From Octopus vulgaris (Eukaryota): a stretch of 64,000 nucleotides of DNA. Every line of letters starts with the position of its first letter. Position 1 is the stretch's first letter. The translations under genes and the position numbers were made by a program. The notes below the pieces were generated by a model. That model made no database searches. It was given only the letters and a program-made list of their open reading frames with translations, and was not told where the DNA came from. Of the stretch, positions 53,371 to 64,000 are shown in pieces. The stretch lies in the NCBI GenBank assembly GCA_951406725.2, contig OX597816.1, positions 131,254,001 to 131,318,000 of the forward strand, in the 5' to 3' direction.

Positions 53371-54312
53371 CTAGCAGCTAAGCCCAGTTTCACCCAGTCT
53401 GTTTGGATGATGTGACTGTAAAACCCACTCTGTGTAAGCATTCGACTTGTTTGGGCATGCTTACATTAAAAAACAATTTGAGAATGACTTTTTTCTGTCA
53501 AAACGCTAAAAATAACTGACCACTTATCATCATCATTGTCTTAATGTCCACTTTTCCATGCTCAGATTGGTCAAATAGAATTTATTGAGGCATATTTCCT
53601 ACATCAATTTGCCCTTCCTGTAACCAATCCTCACCTGTTTTCAAATAAGGTAATAACTTTCCATGATCAGACATATTTCCATGGTAGATTGGAAATGAAG
53701 GACACTGCTTGCATGATGGTGACATTCAGTTACAATTATTGCATGAAGTCAAAGCAAGAGATAGTAACACACAACCCCCACCCCACCAACACATGCACAT
53801 ACATATGATGGGCTTCTTTCAGTTTCCATCCACCAAATCCACTCAAAAAGCTTTAGTCAGCCCAGGGCTATAGTAGAAGACACTTGCTCAAATTGCCATG
53901 GAGTGAGACTGAACCTGAAACCATGTGGTTGGGAAGCAAACTTCATATCACTCAGCCACAGCTGCATGTGCATTGTGTTCAGAAAGCATAGTTACCAAAC
54001 AAAGAATAGTGCGGAAAAAGTTCAGGAAGCTTTTACCTCTTCTGTGATGTACATGTACTAAGTGTGTTGCTGCTTGGTAGTGAAATGTGAGTTTTAAATA
54101 AATTAATCAAACTTTCTTTATATTTATTTGTTTTGTCGCTTTGACATATTTAATTCATATAAGTACAAAAGATAAGATCTTACAACCATAAGGGAGAAAG
54201 CCATGCTCATTATATAGAAAAAGAGTAGGTAGAAATTCTATATGGCATACCAAGTGTAAATTTTATGTGTAGTGGATCATTAGCAAAGAAGGTAGAATTC
54301 ATATATAATAGA
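53371..54312 (-). mobile_element. Second Helitron-like element, interrupted by a SINE (~53522-53965)
   Basis: Minus-strand 5' A|TCTATTATATAT and 3' CTGGGTGAAACTGGGC..CTAG|T termini. Confidence 0.45.
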
Positions 54313-54733
54313 TGCACGGGGATAGTTTACAATAAGAATACATGAAATAAATTCCTTTAAATGCTCAGAAGGCTTATTAGAAGTAGATGATACTTTTTAT
54401 TACCTAGGTGACCTGATTAGCAGTAGATGTTTTGAAAGTGTATATATATATGTATGTGTGTGCCTGTGTGTGTTACTATATATATTTATATTTATATACA
54501 TAGACATGCTTGCACACTTAAAGTATGAAGAGAAATTTAATTACCAATGCGTTCCCAAAAATGGAGAACATAGCAAGGTTTGAACTCCTGATGATGTGGT
54601 ACATAGTTTAGCATTGTAAGTTATCAATCATATGAGAGAGCCTCAACACAGTTGCTTAGCCTACTATAAAAATCAGCAAAATCTCCCTCCAATTACACTC
54701 TACCATCTTAAGGAAGAACACATTAAACAATAC

Positions 54734-54779
<46 letters not shown>

Positions 54780-54983
54780 TACTCTTTTACTTGTTTCAGT
54801 CAGTTGACTGCGGCCATGCTGCAGTACCGCCTTTAGTCGAGCAACTCGACCCCAGGACTTATTCTTTGTAAGCCCAGTACTTATTCTATCGGTCTCTTTT
54901 GCCAAACCGCTAAGTGACGGGGACATAAACACACCACCATCAGTTGTCAAGCAATGCTAGGGGGACAAACACAGACATACATG

Positions 54984-55017
<34 letters not shown>

Positions 55018-55188
55018 CATATATACGATGGGCTTCTTTCAGTTTCCGTCTACCAAATCCACTCACAAGGCTTTGGTCGGTCCAAGGCTATAGTAGAAGA
55101 CACTTGCCCAAGGTGTCACGCAGTGGGACTGAACCCGGAACCATGTGGTTGGTAAGCAAGCTACTTACCACACAGCCACTCCTGCACC
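54780..55188 (-). mobile_element. tRNA-derived SINE (young copy, CpGs retained)
   Basis: Very close reverse-complement match to 3412-3848. Confidence 0.9.
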
Positions 55189-55892
55189 TATATATATATA
55201 TATATATATACTGTCAGAATAAAAGACATGATAGTTATAGCTGAAATACTTGTGATTGAGATCTGAACAATAACCATTGATGATCATCATCATTTTAATA
55301 TCCACCTTTCCATGCTTGCATGGGTCAGACAGAATTCATTGAGACATATTTTCTGCAGCCTGATGCCCTTCCTCTCAGTAACTCTCACCTGTTCCCTAGT
55401 AAGGTAATATTTCACCTTGTGCAGATATGTTTTCACTAAAGACGGGAAATGAATGACACAGCTTGTATGACAGTGATATTCACTTAAAACTAACACATAA
55501 AAACAAAGAGATGCAAACACACATTATATATGTGTGTGACACGCTTCTTTCAGTTTCTGTCTATCAGATCCACTTGCCCAAAGTACCATGCAGTGGGACT
55601 GAACCAAAAACCACATGGTTTAGAAGCAAACTTTTTTACACAGCTGTGCCTACAAAAAATAAAAAATGCAAAACCCCAAAATATATGCTAATCATACTTG
55701 TTATGACTTGTGTGCTGATCACATACATTTCACAAGACTACTTGGCTCAAATGTTGACACTAAATCATAAATATACTTTATGAGTCTCCATCTGGGACAT
55801 TACATTCATCACACACACACACACACATTTATGAATGCATCCAATAAAGTGGGACATTTGCTTTCTAGACATTAGCAATTGTTCTATTAGCT

Positions 55893-55943
<51 letters not shown>

Positions 55944-56415
55944 AATGACTGTTCCTACAGATCTGTGAATGACTGATCCGATATTTGCAGCTGCTGAAGT
56001 GTAAAGATGCTGATATGCATCCATACTATGATTTGATGACATCATTTATAACCCAATGATGTGTTTTCACACACATTGTTTAAGAGGAAAATTTTCTCCC
56101 AAGACAATTTCTGCAGTGGAAAGTCTTTCCATGTCCAAGTGTACACAAACCTGTTAGATATTATTGTACACATATATTTCATTTGATACTGCTTAGTGTG
56201 CGAGTGTGTGTGTGTATATACATACACACACACACATATATATGTTGGGCTTTTTTCAGTTTTCACAAGGCTTTGGTTAGGCCAAGGCTATAATAGATGA
56301 CACTTGCCCAAAGTGCCACGCAGTGGGACTAAACCTGGAACCATGTGGTTGGTAAGCAAGCTACTTACCACACAGCCACTCCTCTCTCTCTCTATGTATA
56401 TATATATATATATGC

Positions 56416-56491
<76 letters not shown>

Positions 56492-56499
56492 CATCTACC

Positions 56500-57045
56500 T
56501 AAATCCGTTTGTTGATTTTCTTTTCTTTTTCTTGCCCGATCACACTTTTCCCTCGTTCTAAACACTTATCAATACTCTACAGTACACCATCCAGCTAGAA
56601 CAGGAGTGGGCTTTATTGTACCAAAAGTGAATTGCAAGTGCATAAGAACCTGTAAGGATAGATCTGCACTGAAAAAATAAAAAACAAGACAATGAATCTT
56701 AATTTACAGACTTAAAGATATATAAACATATTAAATTAGTTTTGATCTGGCAATTTCAAGTTTAAATGCGGGCATGAAATTTCCCTTCTGCTCTAGATCT
56801 TCCCGTTTACTCATGCTCCCCCAGATATCCCAAACCTGAAGAAAGAAGAAAAACGCTAAGGAGAGTGTATAAAAGCTATGGGCACTTCACCGCTAGACTC
56901 AATAACAATAAAGGAAATGCAAGTTTGAAAATGGACGTGATATAATCGATTGAATCAATAACAGCATTTTAAAAAATCCTAGTTTACTAACTTCCACCTC
57001 TCTCTAAAACTGACTAAATTTGAACAAAACACATAGACTCTCTCC

Positions 57046-57078
<33 letters not shown>

Positions 57079-57583
57079 ACCGCATCAGTTCCACCGCCTT
57101 TGCAAGAACACGGCGTAGAATCCACATGATAGCAGAGAATGAGAATGGGCGGTGTTCGCACTTTCGTGGGTGTTGTTTTAGTTTTGGCAAGTAATATATA
57201 CAAAAATTTAAGTCTAACAGAAAATTTGTCATCTTCCAAGAGCTGTTGTTTAACCCCATGGTTAACCCTGATTCTGCAGACACATGATCAAAGGGCTTAC
57301 ACCCGTCTTTTTATTTTGGGGGCATGATTAGGATCACATCATCCAATGTGTTCGTTCTTTATATTAAAGCTGGTAGACTGCGATCTGAGGGAGATTTAGC
57401 TACTATTTTTAGTAGGTCCGACGAAGTTTTCTTGTATGACAGTGAGAATTTACATCATTGTAGGAATTGGGTCTGACATAACTTTACCAACCACCATGTT
57501 ACACCCACACACATGAATAGATTCATGTGTGCAACATACATGCGCACACATATATCTACTGATCTCTCTCTCTCTCTCTCTCT

Positions 57584-57642
<59 letters not shown>

Positions 57643-58900
57643 GTGTGTGTGTGTATGCATAGGACCGATAAATTACAAAACTACTGTAATAACAAACAAC
57701 AAAACGATAATTGTAATTTGCCCGTCCGTTGAATTACGCCAACTTATAAAATACATTCACTCAAATCTCTATAGTAAATACGTCTCGCTTATTACAGAAT
57801 AAAGTTATGTTTATTCTGATTCTGTTTGTGTTGTTTCAATATGCAATTACATCGACAGAAGATTGAAACAAATTCTTGCTGCTGTCACTGTGTATTGCGA
57901 TAAATAACAGCACGGATTTCTTGAAAGACAGCTCCAACATAAAATAATTTGATTAGAAGGAAAATGATAATATTAATAAAATATCAGGGTTTTTTTTTTT
58001 TTTTTTTTTATCAACACGGAAATGTTCTAGATGGCTCAATGGTAACAAGTAACATACATGCACAGAAACAAACACATTTGGAGAGTTTTGTTACTTAATA
58101 CATAACGACATGTAATAGTTGACAAAGGATTTCATACGATTTTCAAGTTTTTTTTGTTTTTTGTTTTTTTGTTACTCTGAAACTCTGGACAAAATTAAAG
58201 AGTTTTTTTTTCCCCCAATCAATATATTTATCACTATGACTTACAAACGAACAAGAGGGTGAGGAGGAAACAAATCAACAAAGTCACTGAACAACACAAC
58301 CAACAGGTAAAATACATTCCAAGTAAACTTACTAAGATTCACTTACAATGTTATGAGTTTCTTTTCCTTAGGTTTGTTAAACATGAATAAACCAAACTCT
58401 ATGGTGATTTCATATAAAAAATATATAATAATATATATATATGTATATGTATATACGGCTACTATGAAGGTACGAAACACAACCGACTACGACATAGTGA
58501 AATAAGAGTTAGTCATCAAGGGAAGTAACTTTACGAAAACTAGACGCTAGCGTGCTTGACGTAATACACCAAAAAAGTTTGATTAAATAAAATTACACCC
58601 TTAACGATGAGAACAATTTTCTAAATGACTTTGTTCAAAATTCCAAGGAAACAATCCTAAAATGTTAATAAATTAAAATTAATTAAATATAGAATGTAGC
58701 GAGAAATGACAGGCACTGGCCTTTAGCTGTACAGCGACAACTTAGGTAAATTTCGATCTTATTGAACCTCATCAGCGAAGGATAGTCTCACTGTTACTGC
58801 AGATATTAGAACGAATAGAAAAGTATATAAAATTTTTGTGAATGAGCACATAAGTGTGTTATAAAGTAAAACAATGACGTGTGCAGTGGAAGCCATTCAG
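56500..58900. promoter_or_regulatory. CpG-undepleted region; probable TTC14 (possibly bidirectional) promoter / first exon(s)
   Basis: CG dinucleotides are frequent here, roughly 50 by eye in 2.4 kb, and scarce in the flanks. The region contains GGGCGG (~57147), GGAAGT ETS-like (~58521) and TGACGT CRE-like (~58557, ~58875) motifs. Minus-strand gtaagt donors lie at 58341-58346 and 58327-58332. Confidence 0.55.
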
Positions 58901-61774
58901 GAATAATCACTGCATGTAAATTTAATAGGAAAATGGGTGTTAAAATACTTGATGTAGTGAGCCAAAATTTTTCAGTTTCTTAAATTATGTCCTTAGAGAT
59001 TAGAAAACTCCTTTTCTAAAAGATTAATTCTGGTTACTATTTGTTGTCCACTCTGTTCCTTATTTGTCCATTAGCAACATTATCTCTATTTTGAGAATGT
59101 GCTTTCAGGATAATATTCAAAAATGGCTTAGATAATACATAAAATTCATTATCTGGTTTATTAATGGATTTTTGAATTCTGAGACAAAACAAGAAGTTGG
59201 AGAGATATTAAATATTAAATTTTCAGTGTTTTCACCAATACAATGATTCATCTATTCTAGAGTTCTGGGGTTTTTGTAAAGTCAAAGTCATGTTTTACTC
59301 AAATATCATAAACCTAATCAACCGAATGAAGAATTAGGTTGAGAGCAACCATCAGAGAATATCCAGAGAAACAGAGGCAAACAAATGAAAACAACATCAG
59401 GGAACAATGAATAAAGAGATTAAGATAAAAGGAGCCAGAGAAATATATAAGACTTTTAGGTTTAGCTGCTGAATTCCTGCATGTCGGCTAATGTAGTATG
59501 GTTAGTTACTGTCTTAAATTAGTGAATTGTAAACTTTATATGTTGCCTTCTCAACCTTACAACTGTAGATATACAGAAGAGTGGATTACACAAGGCTACA
59601 GAAGGTAATAACACAGGTCATAATAAACCCAGTGTTTCCTTCACTTATAACACTTTCTTAAACTCTGATACAGGAAAATTTTACTTGGGAGTTTGGTCTC
59701 TAATGATTATCATCCTTTATAGGGACATAATATGGTTCTCATTCGAGGATTGATTCAAAAGATGCGAAAAAATTTTAAGACCTTTTATAGATGAATTTTA
59801 GTTATTTGAAATGTTTGGCTGAAAAAATAGATCTGAATGAATTGAATCCTAGAATGATTAGTTATTGAGAATTCTGATAGAAGATAATCATGCAAGTAAG
59901 AAAGATATTTCTAACTTAGAATCTCCATATTGTTTCCAAAGCAAATTATGAATACAAAATTCTCCAGTGGGATCTCTTGTAGGTTCACAAGTGTAATTAG
60001 TTGTAAAAGCATCCAAGAAATAAATGCTCTCAATTACTCAGGATGCTTGTGAATAGCTGATAGTTTCTCTTACCTGTGTCACTTAATCAGCAGTGAAGGT
60101 AAGTGTTTCCAAACTGTAGTGGCCAGAATAAGGATGACGTAGAAAGAGAATGAAAAAAAAACAATGTAGCTATCTCTTTTCAAATGAAGAATAGACTGTA
60201 TAATAGACTGGACATCAAGGATAACTACTATAACGTATAAAAGAGAAGACTGCAATGTATGGCCATGTGATGTGCATGAAAATTTATAGGTAGGTGAAAG
60301 CTGTGTGTGTAGAAGGAGGTCACAGTAGCAGAAGATGTGTATAAAAGTGGCTCTCAATGACTTTAGAATCCTGAGCCTCACAAAAGAGTTGGCAAAAGAT
60401 TGCAACAAATGTAGAGGTGCTACACTGAAACTGGTCGGTATAACTTATGAAAAATTGGCCATAAAAATGATGGTGATCATGATAATGATGATGATGATGA
60501 TGACGACAATGACAAGGAGGAAGGAAATCATGTAGAGTATTACTGTTTATAAGAATATGCATGGTGGTGCCCCATACATGAATGAGAGAGTGCAAATTAT
60601 GTATCTGACTAAATAAGAAATTTCTAAATCTTCAACTAACTGGAAATAGGATTTGAGAAAGTGATACACTAGGAAAAAGATATTCTTAAAGCAATATTTT
60701 TTTTGGAACTGGGAAGGTAAAGACTGTTATTTGAGATAATATTCTGAAAGAGTTTGGAAAGGAGTAAAATAAAAAGAAAACTGGGATTGCTAAACATACA
60801 ATCTGGTTTAGAAAAAATAGAATGCCTGTCGAAACTGGAATTCAGAGATAATTTCTTACAAGAAAAATAATTTAAATACCTTTTTAACATCAAGCCAATT
60901 GATATCAAACTTATCTATGAACAAAGCTGTTTTAGTTGTGCCCACCCATCTTTTATTTCTTTTTAAACATAGGATATCTATGTTATTGAATGCATCTCTT
61001 TTTCAAAACACTAGACATGTGATTAAAGGGTGGTTCAGTTACTATTTCTAACAGGTTTAACTGCTATGTAGAGGATTTTTTTTATTGGTTTATTGGTTTA
61101 AGGGTAATGCAAATAAATTGTGAGAACTAAATGAAAAGAAATTCTGAATTGATATTTAGATAGTTAAACAAAAATTAGAAAGATACTGCTGAAGTTGACA
61201 TTAAAGAATTGAAAATAGTAAAATAACTAACAAAAGACAGGAATAGTCAGCAAGCATGTTTATTAGATTTTAACATAGGAAATATTTATGGCTATTTTAT
61301 TTTACATTCTATTTAAGGATTTTATATCTTGTGATTGGACAGTCACTGAAGTTTCCATTGACTACAGTGTTTGGCTCCTGATTCAGTTAAATGGATGAGA
61401 GGTAAAAACACACTTATAAATATGATTCCAATATATTTGTCGATAATATTCTGTAAGAGCATATAGTGCATATATTTCAGATAATGAAATATGTAAAATG
61501 AAACCTGTAGAATTTAATGTTTTGCCCAGATGTTGAATAAAACCTAGATATCAGATTTGAACTTTGAAAGCATAGTAATCCAATACATTATTCACTAAGA
61601 CATTTTCTCTTTACAGTCAAATAACTTATAAGTTTATTGATTCATAAAAAATTTACTGATTAAAAATGATGAAACTTAATGTATTATCAATACACTTCAA
61701 TATTAATTCTATGTTTCTCAATTTTTTCACTGTTTATAAACATGGCATATTGTTTTCTAAAGATGATTACTCTT

Positions 61775-63268
61775 CATCATCATCATCATTATCATTTAAC
61801 GTCTGCTTTCCATGCTAGCATGGGTTGGACGATTTGATTGAGGTCTGGTGAACCAGACGGCTGCTCCAGACTCCAATCTGATCTGGCAGAGTTTCTACAG
61901 CTGGATACCCTTCCTAACGCCAACCACTCCGAGAGTGTAGTGGGTGCTTTTACGTGCCACTGGCACGAGGGTCAGTCAGGCGGTACTGGTAACAGCCACG
62001 CTTAAATGGTGCTTTTTATGTGCCACATGCACAGGACCTCTCTTGAATGTTTTTTCACGTGCCACCAGCACAAGTGCCAGTAAGGCGACGCAGGTAATGA
62101 TCATGCTCAAATGGTGATTTTTACGTGCCACCGGCACGGAGATCGGTTTGTTGCTCTGGCAATGATCATGCTCGTATGGTACTCTTAGCACTCAACTAGC
62201 ATGGATGCCAGTCATCGAATTTGATTTTGATTTCACTTGCCTCAACAGGTCTTTGTACAAGTAGAGTTTAGTGTCCAATGAAGGAAAGGCACATATAAGT
62301 GGGCTGGTTACACTCCTGGCATAAGCCACGGGTTATGGTCTCACTTGGGCTTGCAGTGTCTTCACAAGCATAGCATATTTCCAAAGGTCCCGGTCACTAG
62401 TCATTTCCTCGGTGAGGCCCAATGTTCAAAACTCATGCTTCACCACCTCATCCCAGGTTTTCCTGAGTCTACCTCTTCCACAGATTCCCTCAACCGCTAG
62501 GGTGTGGCATTTTTTCATACAGCTATCAACATCCATTCTCACCACATGACCATACCAGCGCAGTCATCTCTCTTGCACACCACATCTGCTGCTTCTTAGG
62601 TCCAACTTTTCTCTCAAGGTACTAACACGCTGTCGAGTATGCACACTGACATTACACATCCATCGGAGCAAACTGGCTTCATTCCTTGCGAGCTTACACA
62701 TGTCCTCAGCAGTCACAGCCCATGTTTTACTGCCATATAGCATGGCTGTTCGTACACGAGTCATACAGTCTACCTTGTACTCTGAGCAAGAGGCCCTTTG
62801 TCACCAGCAGAGGTAAGAGCTCTCTGAACTTTGTCCAGGGTATTCTTATTCTAGCAGCAGCTACACCCTCCCCCGCTACTGACTTGGTCACCTAGGTAAC
62901 AGAAGCTATCAACTACCTGTAGTTTTTCTCCCTGGAATGTGGCGGAAGTTGTTCTCTGCACATTTTCAGTGTTCATTGCTCTTGAGCATCTGCCACATAC
63001 AAAAACTATCTTCCCAGTTAGCCTTCCTTTGATATTGCTGCACCTCTTATGTGTCCATAGCTTACACTGGGTACATCTTATAGAGTTTCTACCTATGCCT
63101 TTTCTACAGATTGAGCAGGGCCATCTACCTGAAGGGATTTGTGGTTTGCCTGCCTTCCTACTTATTAGGACTTTGGTTTTAACTAGGTTGACTTTAAGGC
63201 CCTTCGATTCTAATCTTTGTTTCCACACTCGAAACTTCTCCTCTTGTTCTGATAGTGACTCAGCAATC
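61775..63268 (-). mobile_element. 5'-truncated RTE-clade LINE with a PHD finger in the RT and a long 3' UTR ending in (GAT)n
   Basis: GLKVNLVKTKVL - C4HC3 finger - VDSFCYLGD; VRTAMLYGSKTWAV..RNEASLLRWMC; WYGHVVRM..GRGR..KTW. Tail CCAACCCATGCTAGCATGGAAAGCAGACGTTAAATGAT...; a few stops and frameshifts. Confidence 0.92.
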
Positions 63269-63483
63269 TTATTTGTTAATACCATGTTCAAATACAGTAT
63301 CTTCCTCAGTACACACACTTTTACTGTTGGAAAGATTATCTATCCAATAGCCATAGCAAGTGATGGAATTTGCTGGATCATGTGACATATTAAAATATAA
63401 AGGCGGCAGTACATAACAACTAAAAAAAGACAAAGAATTAAATTAGAAAAAAATATGTATTATGATATATATGTATTATAATG

Positions 63484-63524
<41 letters not shown>

Positions 63525-63528
<4 letters not shown>

Positions 63529-63922
63529 CTTTTACTTGTTTCAGTTATTTGACTGTGGCCATGCTGGAGCACCACATTACAGTTTTTTTTTTGAATGGAG
63601 AAATCAACACCAGGACTTATTCTTTGTAAGCCTAGTACTTATTCTGTTGATCTCTTTTGCCAAACCGCTAAGTTACAGGGACATAAAAACACCAACATCG
63701 GTTGTCAAGTGATGGTGGGAGGAGGGGGCGTGCAAACTCTCATAAACATATACATATATATGAAGGGCTTCTTTCCATTTCTGTCTACCAAATCCCCTCA
63801 CAAGGCTTTGGTTGACCCAAGGCTATAGCAGGAGACACTTGCCCATGGTGCCATACAGTGAGACTGAAACCTGAACCATGTTTTTAGGAACCAAACTTCT
63901 TACCACACAGCCATGCTTGCAT
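63525..63922 (-). mobile_element. tRNA-derived SINE
   Basis: Reverse complement of the 3412-3848 family. Confidence 0.85.
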
Positions 63923-63926
63923 CTAA

Positions 63927-63957
<31 letters not shown>

Positions 63958-64000
63958 TATCATCATCATCATTATTTAATGTTTGTTGTCTGTGCTGGCA

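Noticed and set aside
59700-60460. Possible CR1/L2 ORF remnant on the minus strand (ILILATTVW)
   Set aside because: A single weak motif; cannot be supported without a profile search.
61943-62140. CRISPR array
   Set aside because: Eukaryotic context, no cas genes, irregular and mutually related spacers, and it lies within a LINE 3' UTR.

Overview
This is AT-rich, microsatellite-dense eukaryotic genomic DNA. The repeat repertoire (tRNA-head SINEs, Nin- and V-domain SINEs, RTE LINE tails ending in (GAT)n) points to a cephalopod, most likely Octopus; that assignment is an inference. One protein-coding gene is supported: the 5' half of a TTC14 (tetratricopeptide repeat protein 14) orthologue on the minus strand. 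It has 8 phase-compatible GT-AG coding exons from ATG 26602 down to 1625 and continues off the left edge. A CpG-undepleted region at about 56.5-58.9 kb is its likely promoter, implying about 30 kb of 5'-UTR intron. The introns carry a hAT transposon with 8-bp TSD, mariner remnants, Helitron-like elements, piggyBac-like MITEs, fold-back elements, and R4/Dong, RTE and HERO-like retrotransposon fragments. The main finding is in the 3' UTR of the HERO-like retrotransposon (35891-36000). All conserved hammerhead-ribozyme core nucleotides and helices I-III are present there, but the strands occur in a non-circularly-permuted, pseudoknotted order unlike types I/II/III. Most ORFs in the supplied track are repeat or microsatellite noise. 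All structures and family calls were made by eye.
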